Shown here piece by piece: positions 37,134 through 47,000 of a DNA stretch of 61,672 bases. The stretch comes from a virus. Taxonomy: Duplodnaviria; Caudoviricetes. Numbering within the stretch: the first letter of the stretch is position 1; every line of letters begins with the position of its first letter. The stretch spans positions 1-61,672 of IMG/VR virus record IMGVR_UViG_3300025073_000054; one strand, written 5' to 3'. The notes under the pieces were generated by a model. It made no database searches and had not been told where the DNA came from. It saw only the letters and a program-made list of their open reading frames with translations. Position numbers and translations under genes: made by a program.

Positions 37134-37564
37134 CGAGCGCTCCCTTCCGCGGACAGGACGAGGGCTGCGCGGCCCTCGTCGGTGATCGCGTACCACGGCG
37201 CGTCGTCGGCCGTGGTGAACCCGTCGCCGTCGACCTCGGCGCACACGCCGCCGCAGACCGCGAGGCCCCGGCGCACGAGGCTCGCGATGGTCGGTCCGCG
37301 CGCGACCATGCCGCGGATCTCCACAACGCCCGCACGGTGCATCGCCGATTCCCCGTCCGTGAACTCTCGCAGGCGCGCGAGGGTCCGCGCTTGTCCCGCG
37401 GACAGCGGCTCGCTGCGGCGTCGCAGGTCGCGAAGCGCGACGGCCACGCGATGCAGGTCACGCCAGACGCGCGCCTCCGGGGAGTCGGCGTCGTAGTCGA
37501 AGGGGCACCGGTCGCAGTCGGCGAGGATGCGGGCAAGGTCGGCGCTGGTGACGTGATCGTTCAT
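37130..37564 (-). CDS. Hypothetical protein, winged-helix-like C-terminus
   Basis: AGGAG RBS; TIASLVRRGL...YAITDEGRAAL. Confidence 0.55.
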   Translation of the reverse strand: MNDHVTSADLARILADCDRCPFDYDADSPEARVWRDLHRVAVALRDLRRRSEPLSAGQARTLARLREFTDGESAMHRAGVVEIRGMVARGPTIASLVRRGLAVCGGVCAEVDGDGFTTADDAPWYAITDEGRAALVLSAEGSAR

Positions 37565-37584
37565 ATGACTCTCCTGTTGGTTCC

Positions 37585-39168
37585 TCACGCCGCACCCCGC
37601 CGGGCGTCGTCGCCGTCCGTCCACTGCGGCCCCAGGTCGAGGCTCCCGCTCTCCCCGCGGTACACCGGCGCGCCGCCCACGTCGGGGAGCCCGTCGCCCG
37701 CGCCGTAGCGGTCGAGCACGTCGTCGTCAGCGGGCACCGGGCCGGGGCTGCGGGTGCGGGTCATGCTGGCGCGGGGGTCGATGCGGTCGTCGGCGTCGGG
37801 GGCGTCCACGTCCTCGAAGCGCGTCGACTCCACGACGAACCGCAGCCGCACCGTGTCGCAGGGGCCGTTGCGCTGCTTCGCGACGATGACCTCCGCGATG
37901 CCTCGGTCCTTCGTCTCGCGGTCGTAGACCTCATCCCGGTAGACGAACATCACAATGTCCGCGTCCTGCTCGACGGCCCCCGACTCGCGCAGGTCGGAGA
38001 GCATCGGGCGCTTATCCTTCCGCGCCTCCAAGCTGCGGGAGAGCTGCGAGAGCGCGACCACTGGGATGCTGAGTTCCTTCGCCAGCGACTTCAGCCCGCG
38101 CGACACCTCGGCCACCTCACGCTCGCGGTTGTCGCTGCGCTGCTCGGGCAACACGAGCTGGAGGTAGTCGACCACCAGCATCAGCAGCGGCGACCGCGCG
38201 TGCTCGCGCTTGGCCTCGGCGCGGATCGTCGAGAGCTTCGCGGAGGGCACGTCGAACACGAAGAAGGGCAGCCCGTGCAGCCGGTTGGTGGCCGCGGTCA
38301 CGGCGGTGAGTTCGTCTTGCGTCATCGGTGCGAGGTCGGGGCGCAGGATCTTCTGGTTGTTGATCCGCGCCTCGCTCGCGACCGCGCGCCCGTAGAGTTC
38401 GGACTCCGGCATCTCCAGCGAGACGAACATCACCCGCCGCGCGGCGCCTTCCGCCGTGTCGCGCTCATCCTTCGCGGCGGCGACCACGGCGCCCATTGCG
38501 AGCGAGGTCTTCCCCATCGCGGGCCGCGCGCCGACGATCACGAGTTGCCCCGCCGAGGCGCCGCCCGTGAGGGCGTCGAGCGATCGCGAGCCGAGGGTCA
38601 CGCTCGACCCGGCGCCATCGCCGGCGCGGGAGAGGCGCTCCATCACGCCCTCGACGCCCTTCGCGGCGGACACCATCCGCGACGCAGCGCTCCCGGCGAG
38701 CTCCACGACGATCTTCGCGGCGACGCGCTGGAGGTCGTCGAGGGGCGACCCTGCGGCGCCTCGGGCCGCGAGCTCGGAAGCCAGGCGCGAGGCGCGGCGG
38801 GTCTGCGCCGACGTGCGGACGATCCCGATATGCGCCTCGAGGTGCGCCATCGGACACCAGTAGTCGCGGAACTCCTCCAGTGCCGCGGTCACGCCCTGGT
38901 TGCCGCCTGCGGTGTTGAAGCAGTTCATCGCCATCAGCTCGGCCCGGATGGTCGTAGGGTCGATCGCGCGGCCTGCCCGGTGGAGGCGGGCCATCGCGTC
39001 GAAGATCACGCCGAGGTCGGGCCGCACGAAGTCGGCCGGCGTCAGGCACCCGTCGACCACCGCCATGGCCTCGGTCTCGTAGACCAGGATCGCGCCAAGC
39101 ACCTCACGCTCGGCGGCGGCGGCGAAGGCGTCGGGTTCCATCTCGGCGGGTCGTTCAGCGCGACGCAT
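37585..39168 (-). CDS. dnaB: Replicative DNA helicase
   Basis: GARPAMGKT, SLEM, VDYLQL, LSQLSR, SDLRESGAVEQDAD, AKQRNGP. Confidence 0.97.
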   Translation of the reverse strand: MRRAERPAEMEPDAFAAAAEREVLGAILVYETEAMAVVDGCLTPADFVRPDLGVIFDAMARLHRAGRAIDPTTIRAELMAMNCFNTAGGNQGVTAALEEFRDYWCPMAHLEAHIGIVRTSAQTRRASRLASELAARGAAGSPLDDLQRVAAKIVVELAGSAASRMVSAAKGVEGVMERLSRAGDGAGSSVTLGSRSLDALTGGASAGQLVIVGARPAMGKTSLAMGAVVAAAKDERDTAEGAARRVMFVSLEMPESELYGRAVASEARINNQKILRPDLAPMTQDELTAVTAATNRLHGLPFFVFDVPSAKLSTIRAEAKREHARSPLLMLVVDYLQLVLPEQRSDNREREVAEVSRGLKSLAKELSIPVVALSQLSRSLEARKDKRPMLSDLRESGAVEQDADIVMFVYRDEVYDRETKDRGIAEVIVAKQRNGPCDTVRLRFVVESTRFEDVDAPDADDRIDPRASMTRTRSPGPVPADDDVLDRYGAGDGLPDVGGAPVYRGESGSLDLGPQWTDGDDARRGAA

Positions 39169-40174
39169 GGGCGGCTCCCTGGGGGTCGTTGTCGGGGAAG
39201 GACTTCGCGGCGGCGAGAGCACGGACTTCGGCGAGGGCGGCGCGCACGTCCTCGCGGCTCGCGGGGTTCACCACGGGGACGCCGATCACGCGCTGGACAG
39301 GCAGCGAAGGCTGCCTCGGTGGGGTGATGTCGATGACACCCGATGCGAGAGGCGACGGCGCCTCGGAGTCGCTGCGGCCGAGCCAGCCCAGAAGGAACGC
39401 GCGCCCGTCGCGCTTGGGCTTCGTCTGCCCTGCGTTCCACGTTGCGGCGCGGAGAACCTGGCCGAGCACGTTGACGCCGGGGAAGGCGTTAGGCGCAGTC
39501 ACGCGGGTTGCGAAGTCGGCCACGCGCTTCGTGCACGGCGGCTTGAGCAGTGGGTCCGTCATGATCGCATCGAACACCGCTCGCGCCCTCGGGTCGGCGG
39601 GCGGGGCCTCGTCAACGGGTGCCTTCGGCTGGAGAACCCTGGGCGCTGGCCGGGGCGGCGGAACGTCGACCCCGGCTCTCTCCGGGTTCTTCTCTTCTGG
39701 TGACGGAGATGGTGACGGAGCCGGAGGAGGGCGATCGTCTTGCGAGTTTGCGACTCCCACTTGCGATCCGTCGCTGCGATCCGTTTGCGATCCGTTTGCG
39801 ATGCTTTGCGATCGACCACCCCACCGCGCTTCGTTGCCCTTGCGACCGGCCTCGCTTCGCTTGCGACCGATCTCCTCACGTCGGGCGGCGCGCTGCTCTT
39901 CGGTCCAGTTCCAGTCATGGAAGTCGTGGACGCGCCATCCGACACCGGGCTCTACGTCCCACAAGCGAGCCGACACCAGCCGCTCGATGAGCTGGTCAAC
40001 GACGCGCTGGGGCTTCGACGTGAAGCCGCGCACGGCGCCGGTGCGGATCACCCCGCCGAGTCCGTACTTGTTGCAGTAGATGACCGAGCGCATCCACAGG
40101 TCGGTGGCGTCCTCGCCCGCCTCAACCATCTTCGGGTGCGAGAGCACCCCATCATCAAAGGTGGACTTCGTCAC
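39155..40174 (-). CDS. Replication initiator protein
   Basis: DD....HPK...G..A..LW...LV...LW.....W.VHDFHDWN N-domain; PSPSPSP linker; internal iterons; upstream of dnaB. Confidence 0.8.
   Translation of the reverse strand: MTKSTFDDGVLSHPKMVEAGEDATDLWMRSVIYCNKYGLGGVIRTGAVRGFTSKPQRVVDQLIERLVSARLWDVEPGVGWRVHDFHDWNWTEEQRAARREEIGRKRSEAGRKGNEARWGGRSQSIANGSQTDRSDGSQVGVANSQDDRPPPAPSPSPSPEEKNPERAGVDVPPPRPAPRVLQPKAPVDEAPPADPRARAVFDAIMTDPLLKPPCTKRVADFATRVTAPNAFPGVNVLGQVLRAATWNAGQTKPKRDGRAFLLGWLGRSDSEAPSPLASGVIDITPPRQPSLPVQRVIGVPVVNPASREDVRAALAEVRALAAAKSFPDNDPQGAAHASR
39740..39866. repeat. Iteron cluster, probable replication origin
   Basis: Eight TTGCGA plus one CTGCGA, including tandem TTTGCGATCCG units. 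Confidence 0.75.
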
Positions 40175-41010
40175 CCCGCGCCTCCCACTTCCCGAATGAA
40201 AGCCAACAGCGCCGCCGAGGGGCGGAACCACTCACCGTCGGGGCGCACCCGGTCGGCAGCAAAGAGCGTGTGTAGCGACCGCTCCACCGCGAGCCCGCCG
40301 ACCATCCGGCCGATGATCTTCAGCGGGTGCGCGTGCGCGGTCTGGAGCGTCGAGAGGCGGCCGACAGGGTTGGCGCTGTATCCGATCTTTACCGGCCCGC
40401 CCTGTGTCGACTGGATGAAGTAGACCCAAGACGTGGGCGCCCGCTCCTGCACCTCGACGATGGACTTGCAGCCCATGCACTGCCCGCATCCGGTGGTCGT
40501 GTCGCCCAGGTGCACGATCACGCCGCCAGGGTGGCACTTCCAGACCAAGATGGCGCCGGACTCTCCGGCGATAGGCAGCACGACCGGGTCGCCATGGAAC
40601 CCGAGCTCATCGCCGAATGACGCGACAACCCCGTCCATTGCGAACTCACGAACATTGCGGAGCCAGTGAAAGCACCGCAGGCGCGAGTCAGACGGATCGG
40701 TTTTGATCGTCGCGAGATGGGCGTTATGCCCACCGTCGGTGTCGTATGAGATCAAACCGCCGAAGTAGTCTCCGGCGGCAGAGTAGAGGTTGGCGCTGAA
40801 TTCCCCATCGATATCTCGAACCGCCGGAGCGCCATCGACCAAGCGAACGGCGAACTCTAGCCGCATCGGTGGCTCTGCCGCGACGAACACATCATCGTCG
40901 CCGATGAGATGATCGCCAAGGCCCTCGTCATCGTCCACAGGGCCGATGTCATCGGGAAGCGAAGGGAAAGCCGCGTCGACCCAGGCGAGATTCTCTTCGA
41001 GAGTGTTCAC
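40171..41010 (-). CDS. GIY-YIG (T5orf172/MUG113-like) domain protein
   Basis: VYFIQ...VKIGYS..P..RL..LQT...E..LH..F...GEWF; lower GC than flanks. Confidence 0.85.
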   Translation of the reverse strand: MNTLEENLAWVDAAFPSLPDDIGPVDDDEGLGDHLIGDDDVFVAAEPPMRLEFAVRLVDGAPAVRDIDGEFSANLYSAAGDYFGGLISYDTDGGHNAHLATIKTDPSDSRLRCFHWLRNVREFAMDGVVASFGDELGFHGDPVVLPIAGESGAILVWKCHPGGVIVHLGDTTTGCGQCMGCKSIVEVQERAPTSWVYFIQSTQGGPVKIGYSANPVGRLSTLQTAHAHPLKIIGRMVGGLAVERSLHTLFAADRVRPDGEWFRPSAALLAFIREVGGAG

Positions 41011-41110
41011 GGGCGCCTCCGATTCCGCGCGGCGCACGATGCGCTATCGCCGGTAGCCGGAGGATGCCCTATCCCATCATTGTTAGCAAGTTCGCTATGT
41101 CGACAATCGA

Positions 41111-41350
41111 CTAACGACCCTGCTTTTCGTACTCCGCGCGCAGGCCGCACCGCTCGATCTGTCGCAGCACCGTGGCCGTTGCTTCGATCCCGAGCGCACG
41201 CCCCGCAGCCGACGCGTTCCAGTCGTGCGCTACCAGCGTCGAGCGCAGAAGCTCCCGCTCGGCTGCGAGCTTCGCAGCATCGCCCGTCTGCGAGAGCTTG
41301 GACTTCGTGCGCTTCGTCGCCTTCGTGGTCGCCATCGTGCGCGTCAGCAT
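41111..41350 (-). CDS. Fis-like HTH protein
   Basis: ERELLRSTL..HDWNASAAGRALGI....V.R.I.R.GL; GGAGG RBS. Confidence 0.75.
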   Translation of the reverse strand: MLTRTMATTKATKRTKSKLSQTGDAAKLAAERELLRSTLVAHDWNASAAGRALGIEATATVLRQIERCGLRAEYEKQGR

Positions 41351-41539
41351 AGCGCCTCCCTGTGTCCATCGTCACCGCCCCCGTAGCTCTCGCCCTCGCT
41401 GCCCCGTCCCTCGCCCCCTGCCGCTGCCCCGCTGCCAGGCGCTCCGCCGCCGCAGGCGTCCCCGCGAGCGCGAGGCAGCGGGCGGCGACCACCTGCCACG
41501 GGCGCGGCTGCTGGCGCGCTGGGGTGCACCGGGGGGCGG

Positions 41540-42878
41540 TCATGCGGGCCTCACAGCGGCCACGCGCACCCGCCGCACCGGGACGCCCGCGAGCATCCTG
41601 GGGATCAGCGTGGTGCCCACCTTCGCGCGCTGCGGGAGGTAGACGACAAGCTCCCCATCGCCCGCCCCGACCGTGACGCCGGGGATGGTCTTCACGAGGT
41701 GCGCTTGCAGGCGCGCGGCGAGCTCGTCGTTGCTGAGGTAGACGCTCACGCCGCCCTCCGCGCTGCGTCCCGCCGTGCGAGCTCGAGCGCCCGCAGCCAC
41801 CACCACACGCCGTCGCCCGCGGTGTCGTCGCGCCAGTAGCCGACGCGCACGGGGGTCCACCCCGCCGCGAGCAGCTCGGCGCTCTCCCCCACGGAAGGGA
41901 GCCGCAGCGGGCAACGCACGACGCGCTCCACAGCGGGCGTCACGGCGCACCCCGCAGGCGCCAGCGACCCTGCGCCCCGCGCTCGACGAGGCCCGAGCGC
42001 TGCATCCGGTGCACCGCCGCATCGGGCGCCACCCCGAGGGCGCGTGCGACGTCGCGGGTGGCGTGCACGAGCCCGTCGGCGAACACATCCGCGACACCGG
42101 GGCGAGGCCCACGCGTAGGCCGCACGGGCGCCACCACGGGACGCGGCTGCGGGGCGGTGTGCCACGGCCAGCGCCCGAGGGTGGCAGCGTCGCGGGGGTG
42201 CGAGACCACCGGGGGCGGGACGTCGCGCCAATCGTCGGGGAGGGCGGAGGTCATCGCTCGCCCCGCAGTCGAGCCGCGAGCCCGTCGAGCGCTGCGTCAG
42301 CGGTCGCGCCCGTCGCTGCGGCGCACTCCTCGACGCCCTCGCCCGTCGTCGTGTAGACGCACGCCGCGGCGACGTACTCCCCCGAGTCGCAGCGGGTGAC
42401 GCGCACCGATCGCTTGCCGCGACCGGGGAGCCGGAGCGCGAGGGCCGCGGCGGTGTCCCACAGGGCGGCGCTCACGTCGTCACTCGGCACGCTGCGGCGA
42501 TGTCCACCGCGCTGGCGTCGAGCGCACGGCAGAGGGCCGCGGCGTCGCGCTCGGACAGCGACGGAGGGAGAGCCGCGAGGGCGGCGGCCACAAGGCGCTG
42601 GTGACGCGCGAGGGCGTCGGCGCAGGCGGCGACGCGGGGGCAGCGGAGGATGGTGATCATCGGTCCCACCGCCCCGGCACGCGACGCCACCCGAGGCGCA
42701 GAGCGCGGAGCTTCCAGCGGTACGCCTCGTTCTCCGCCACCCACCGCGCGTGGTCGGCTTCGTAGATGCGCTGCGCCACGTCGTGGGGGTCGCGCACCGG
42801 GGCGTTGACGACGCCCGCGCGGTAGCCGAGCCAGAGCCCGACGAGACCGACGATGAAGGTGGCGAGGATGGTGATCAC
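41540..42878 (-). other. Cluster of small coupled hypothetical genes (41540-41749, 41746-41943, 41940-42254, 42251-42490, 42472-42660, 42657-42878)
   Basis: Overlapping start/stop codons; one TM peptide, one wHTH-like. Confidence 0.5.
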
Positions 42879-43564
42879 CGGGCACCGCCCACGACGCGCA
42901 GGCTTGCCGCGTCAGCGCTCTGCCACCGGCCTTGGGAGACGCGAACCACGCTGCTGGTGACAAGGAGCCTGGAGAGCGCCGTGGTGATGCGCACGCCCAT
43001 GGCCCTCGCTACCTCACTGGTCCTCCACTCGCGGCCATCGCTCAGAAGTTCAGCGACGGCGCGGGAGGAGCGGCTCTTCGCTCGCCGTGGCAGGTGATCA
43101 ACAGAGCCCAGGCTCTTCCAGTTGGCGCCGGTGAGCGCCGAGTGGATGCACCCCACGCTTACGCCGAACCGATCTGCGATCTCTGCGTAGCTCTCGCCGC
43201 GTGTGCGGAACTCGCGAGCGGAGAGCACGTCGCTGGCCGACAAGACGGCCCACGGCACGCTCTCGCCTTTCATCTGCCTGCCTTTCGCTACCTTGTCCGC
43301 CGTGTTCTCTGCGCTGGTCGCCAGGAAGAGGTGCGCGGGGTTCACGCACGGGGGGTTGTCGCAGTGGTGGCAGACACAGAGGCCTTTCGGGACGGGGCCG
43401 CGGGCGAGTTCCCAAGCCACTCGCGATGCGATGCGGTAACGACCGTCGATCCTGAACCTTCCGTATCCCTTGGTACTGCGGCCCGCAGTCCAGTTCATGC
43501 AACCCGCCTCGTCGGCGGGGGCGGCGTAGCCCCAGAACTTCTCGGCCATGGATTCGTTGTTCAT
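42875..43564 (-). CDS. HNH endonuclease with C-terminal HTH domains
   Basis: CxxW...GYG...ASRVAW...VCHHCDNPPCVNPAHL...T..EN..D...KGR. Confidence 0.92.
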   Translation of the reverse strand: MNNESMAEKFWGYAAPADEAGCMNWTAGRSTKGYGRFRIDGRYRIASRVAWELARGPVPKGLCVCHHCDNPPCVNPAHLFLATSAENTADKVAKGRQMKGESVPWAVLSASDVLSAREFRTRGESYAEIADRFGVSVGCIHSALTGANWKSLGSVDHLPRRAKSRSSRAVAELLSDGREWRTSEVARAMGVRITTALSRLLVTSSVVRVSQGRWQSADAASLRVVGGAR

Positions 43565-44058
43565 CGCGAGCCTCCGGTGCGCCGCAGTTCCGCGCGGGCG
43601 TTGGCGCAGGTCGCGAGCGCCGCCGACGTCTCCGCGTTGGTGGCGTGGCAGCGCGCCTCGATCTCCTCGATCTCCGCCAGCGTCAGTTTGCGGTCGCGCC
43701 ACGCTTCGTTGACCGATCGCGCGAGGTCGCCCACGCGGGCCTGGACGTCGAGCGCGATCTCTCGCAGGTCACCCGTGACGACGGTCCCGGCCGCGGCTTC
43801 GATGGCAGCCGCGAGGTTGCGGAAGATGGCAGGCGCGAGCTTCGGCCCGAGCATCGCGATCTGGTGCAGCTTCGGGCGGCGCTCCGAGAGCGGGTTGCAC
43901 CACTCGCTGATGTGCTGCTTCGGCTCGTCGACCCTCGCTCCGACCGTGGCATAACTCACGGAGGCATCGGTCAACTTCATCGCCCGCAGCGTGCTGTGCA
44001 GCGTCTCCGCGCAGAGCACGTCGGCGGCGGCCTCGGGGTCTGGTGACGAAGACCTCAC
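43561..44058 (-). CDS. CII-like phage regulatory protein
   Basis: HTH-like ISEWCNP...; C-terminal GDL......AWRD.KLT.AE motif; downstream of cro. Confidence 0.6.
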   Translation of the reverse strand: MRSSSPDPEAAADVLCAETLHSTLRAMKLTDASVSYATVGARVDEPKQHISEWCNPLSERRPKLHQIAMLGPKLAPAIFRNLAAAIEAAAGTVVTGDLREIALDVQARVGDLARSVNEAWRDRKLTLAEIEEIEARCHATNAETSAALATCANARAELRRTGGSR

Positions 44059-44774
44059 AGCGTCACCGTGACGGCGCTGTCCGCCGTCGCGACAGTGCTC
44101 CCGTGACCCTCACCGCCCTTGACTGCCTGCTGCTCGCCGCCCTCGACTGCCTCGCTGCGGAGGTCGCCGCGGAAGCGCGCCGCGATACCGCGGGTGATGT
44201 GGGCGCAGTAGCCGAGAGCTTTGCGGGCGTCGGTGGACGTGTGCGCCCCTGCGGCGCTCTCGGTGTCCAGCGCGTCAGCCTCCAGCGCAGCGACGACCTC
44301 CGACCGCAGCACGTAGCGCGCGAGGTCGACGCCATCGCCCGCCACACGGTGCGCGGCCTCGCGGTGGAGCTGCGCGGCAGCGGCGAGCGCCCGACCGACG
44401 TGGTGCCCGTGGCGGCTGACGTCGGGAGCGACGCCCTCGGCCGCAGCGATCACGGCAGCGCGGAGGTCGGCGAGGTCGCGGGCGCAGGCGTCGGCCTCGG
44501 CGGTGAGGGCCGCACACCGACGCTGCGCCACGCTGAGCTCGCTGGTCCGCTGGTCGCGCTCCTGGGCGGTGGCGAGCGCGAGCCCGCGGTACTGGTCGCG
44601 CTCGCGGGTGAGGTCGGCGATGCCGCGCTCCAGGCGGGCCACGTCGGCGGCGAGGTCGGCGCGCTGCGGGGCCGTGGTCGACGGGGCCACGCGGACGGTG
44701 GTGTCGTCGGTCATCGCGACGCACACGCCGTCGGCGAGGTCGATGCGGGTGAAGGAGCCGAGGAGGGTGGCCAC
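44055..44774 (-). CDS. Hypothetical coiled-coil protein
   Basis: Heptad-rich ORF coupled to its neighbour. Confidence 0.55.
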   Translation of the reverse strand: MATLLGSFTRIDLADGVCVAMTDDTTVRVAPSTTAPQRADLAADVARLERGIADLTRERDQYRGLALATAQERDQRTSELSVAQRRCAALTAEADACARDLADLRAAVIAAAEGVAPDVSRHGHHVGRALAAAAQLHREAAHRVAGDGVDLARYVLRSEVVAALEADALDTESAAGAHTSTDARKALGYCAHITRGIAARFRGDLRSEAVEGGEQQAVKGGEGHGSTVATADSAVTVTL

Positions 44775-44777
44775 GCG

Positions 44778-44951
44778 CTACGCTCCAGCCGCCGACGCCG
44801 TAGCGCCCGCCGCGAGCGAGCCGACGCCCGCGATGATGGCGCCCACGAGGCTCGCGACGGTGAAGCCGCCGAGGATGAGGAGCGCGGCGCCGACGAAGAA
44901 CGCGGCCAGCGCCGCAGCGTGGCGAGGGTGCGCGCGGAGGAGGGGGAGCAT
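44778..44951 (-). CDS. 57-aa membrane protein (not in ORF track)
   Basis: MLPLLRAHPRHAAALAAFFVGAALLILGGFTVASLVGAIIAG...; AGGAG RBS. Confidence 0.55.
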   Translation of the reverse strand: MLPLLRAHPRHAAALAAFFVGAALLILGGFTVASLVGAIIAGVGSLAAGATASAAGA

Positions 44952-45496
44952 CAGGCGGCTCCTGCGAGGGCCACGGGGGCGGGGCTCAGGAGCGGGTTCT
45001 GCCAGCGCGATTCGTCACGCACGGGACGGGGAGCGAGGCGACGCCACGCGCTGCGCTTGGTGCACTTGGCGCAGGATTCCTCGCGGCCGTGGCCGTGGTG
45101 CTTGCGGTACCACGCCTCCGACGCGGCCCTCTTCTCGACCGCTGCGGCGGCGAGTTCCTCGGGGCTGCGACGGGGCGCCGACTTGCGAGCGCGCGGCTTC
45201 GCCGTGAAGAGCATCGACCCGCGGTTGGCAGCCGGGAGCGACTCCAGAAACGCCGTGATGGAGCCGTCGTCGTGAAACCACTCGCGACCCCGCGAGGGCT
45301 CGACCAGGGCGGCGAAGCGACGATGCAGCGAGCGCTCCACAGAGCCGCTGCCCCGCATCGTCGCCACGAGCTCGATGTCCTCGCCGATCGCGCTCCGCAG
45401 CACGCACATACGGACGTGCACGTCGGCGGTCACGCCGATCTTGAAGAGCCCGGAGACGAGCCCGCGCACGACGTAGACGGTATCGGGGCGGCGCAT
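44951..45496 (-). CDS. GIY-YIG (T5orf172-like) protein
   Basis: VYVV...FKIG.T.....R...L...E..LH.RF...GREWF. Confidence 0.85.
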   Translation of the reverse strand: MRRPDTVYVVRGLVSGLFKIGVTADVHVRMCVLRSAIGEDIELVATMRGSGSVERSLHRRFAALVEPSRGREWFHDDGSITAFLESLPAANRGSMLFTAKPRARKSAPRRSPEELAAAAVEKRAASEAWYRKHHGHGREESCAKCTKRSAWRRLAPRPVRDESRWQNPLLSPAPVALAGAA

Positions 45497-45789
45497 CACG
45501 CTGCCTCGCGGTGTGCAAGAGCGGCCTTCGCGCGAGACACGGCGCGGCGCACGGTGTTCGTGCTGGGCGGATCGCCCTCGCCACGAACGAGGTACTTCAC
45601 CGAGCAGCCCAGCACGTCGGCCAGCGCAAGCGCCGTGTCGGCCGAGATGCGCTTGGCGCGCGATCCGTCCTCGATCATCGCGACGTGCGCAGGGCTCTTG
45701 AGCCCAGCGAGCCTGCCGAGCTCCACCGGGTCGAGGTCTATGAGGGCGCGCAGCGCGGCGACCCTCGATCCAACAGTGTCGTGGTCCAT
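45496..45789 (-). CDS. Cro-like XRE HTH regulator
   Basis: TVGSRV..LR......ELGRLAGL...HVAMIEDG...LADVLGCSV.YL..G.G. Confidence 0.85.
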   Translation of the reverse strand: MDHDTVGSRVAALRALIDLDPVELGRLAGLKSPAHVAMIEDGSRAKRISADTALALADVLGCSVKYLVRGEGDPPSTNTVRRAVSRAKAALAHREAA

Positions 45790-45791
45790 GG

Positions 45792-45838
45792 GTCACAGAT
45801 GTAACGAACGCCCCGACCGAAGTCAATACATCTGTGAC
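45792..45838 (-). promoter_or_regulatory. Early promoter/operator (PR-like)
   Basis: 12-bp inverted repeat GTCACAGATGTA/TACATCTGTGAC overlapping TTGACT-17-TACATC. Confidence 0.85.
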
Positions 45839-45895
45839 GAAAGCGAGCGAGCCGCCGTGAACACAGCCATGTCGCCCGCTGCTAGCGTCGGTTTC

Positions 45896-46360
45896 GTGAC
45901 ATCCGGAACGACGTTCGCCCAGCGCCTGGGGCGGGTTCTCAAAGATCGCGGCTGGACGCCCTACGACTGGTCGAAGCGCGCGGGGCTCTCAAACAGCCAC
46001 GTCCAGAACATGATCGATCGCAACGCAGCGCAGGCCACGACGAAGACGGTCCACAAACTCGCCGTCGCCGCCGGGGTGAGCGAGTCATGGCTAGCGCGCG
46101 GGGATGGCTCGATGGAGCCGACAGCGCCGAGTGGGCTTGTCAGCGTGGATGTTGACGACCCGAAGATGAAGCATCGCGATGGCTTCGACGGGAACCTCCG
46201 CGCCGCGAAGAAGCTCCGCCGCCATGATGACTACGTGTGGGAGGCGCTGGCCGAAAGCGACCCGCTCGTGGTGGTACCTCTCACGCCCTCGCTCTTGGCT
46301 GACCTCGCGGACGTGCTCGCGAAGTACATCCCCGCGCCCGAACCGACGAAGCGAAAGTGA
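45896..46360 (+). CDS. CI-like XRE repressor lacking a S24 peptidase domain
   Basis: TFAQRL...L......WSKRAGLS.SHV.....LA.AAGVSESWL.RG.G; divergent from cro; alternative start 45869. Confidence 0.85.
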   Translation: MTSGTTFAQRLGRVLKDRGWTPYDWSKRAGLSNSHVQNMIDRNAAQATTKTVHKLAVAAGVSESWLARGDGSMEPTAPSGLVSVDVDDPKMKHRDGFDGNLRAAKKLRRHDDYVWEALAESDPLVVVPLTPSLLADLADVLAKYIPAPEPTKRK

Positions 46361-46487
46361 CGTTTCCCGTCACACGCTGATCGCCCTGTGTTTGCGGTCA
46401 GTCCCGGAGAGCTCTACGAGTTTCGGGCACTCGTGGCGCGCGATGGGTCCATTGACCAGCCATCGTAGCGGGACGCACCTTGCGACG

Positions 46488-46994
46488 ATGATCCTTGCCG
46501 ACGCAGTGGGCGAGCCCGCGTTACTGGAGCTTCAGTACGCACCGCGTTCTGTAGATGCGCGGCTCATCGACGCGCTCGCTGACGAGGCCCGCTCCGGAGG
46601 CGACGAGCTTGATGACATCGCCCGCGGGCTAAAGGTGGAGGTTCGCACGGAGACGCTGCCGCACGGCGTGTACGGCCTCCGGGTGAAGCTGCCAAAGCCG
46701 CGACCCTCCGACGGTCTCGTGGGCTGGGTTCTCGTGACGGTGCTCAAGCCAGCGCTGCGGCGCCTGGTCGTGGGTCACGAGCTCGCGCATTGGATCGCGC
46801 GAAGCTCAGGGCTCGCGCACACGCACACTGACGTGTGGCTGATCGCGCTCGCGCTCCTGATGCCGACGGATGCAGTGCGAGCGATGCGCGATGCGCCCGT
46901 TGCGGAGGTGGCCGCTGCGTTCGGGGTGCCGTGGTGGGCGGCGGATGTGAGACTCAAAATATTGAGCCGTGACGACGGGTTAGCTGCTGCGTAG
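46488..46994 (+). CDS. ImmA/IrrE-family metallopeptidase (anti-repressor protease)
   Basis: RRLVVGHELAH (HExxH), LLMP, VAAAFGVP...RL; directly after the repressor. Confidence 0.85.
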   Translation: MILADAVGEPALLELQYAPRSVDARLIDALADEARSGGDELDDIARGLKVEVRTETLPHGVYGLRVKLPKPRPSDGLVGWVLVTVLKPALRRLVVGHELAHWIARSSGLAHTHTDVWLIALALLMPTDAVRAMRDAPVAEVAAAFGVPWWAADVRLKILSRDDGLAAA

Positions 46995-47000
46995 CTTTTT

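Noticed and set aside
39740-39866. CRISPR or mini-array
   Set aside because: Repeats are 6-11 bp with no spacer structure and lie in a coding region; iterons fit better. No CRISPR array was seen anywhere.
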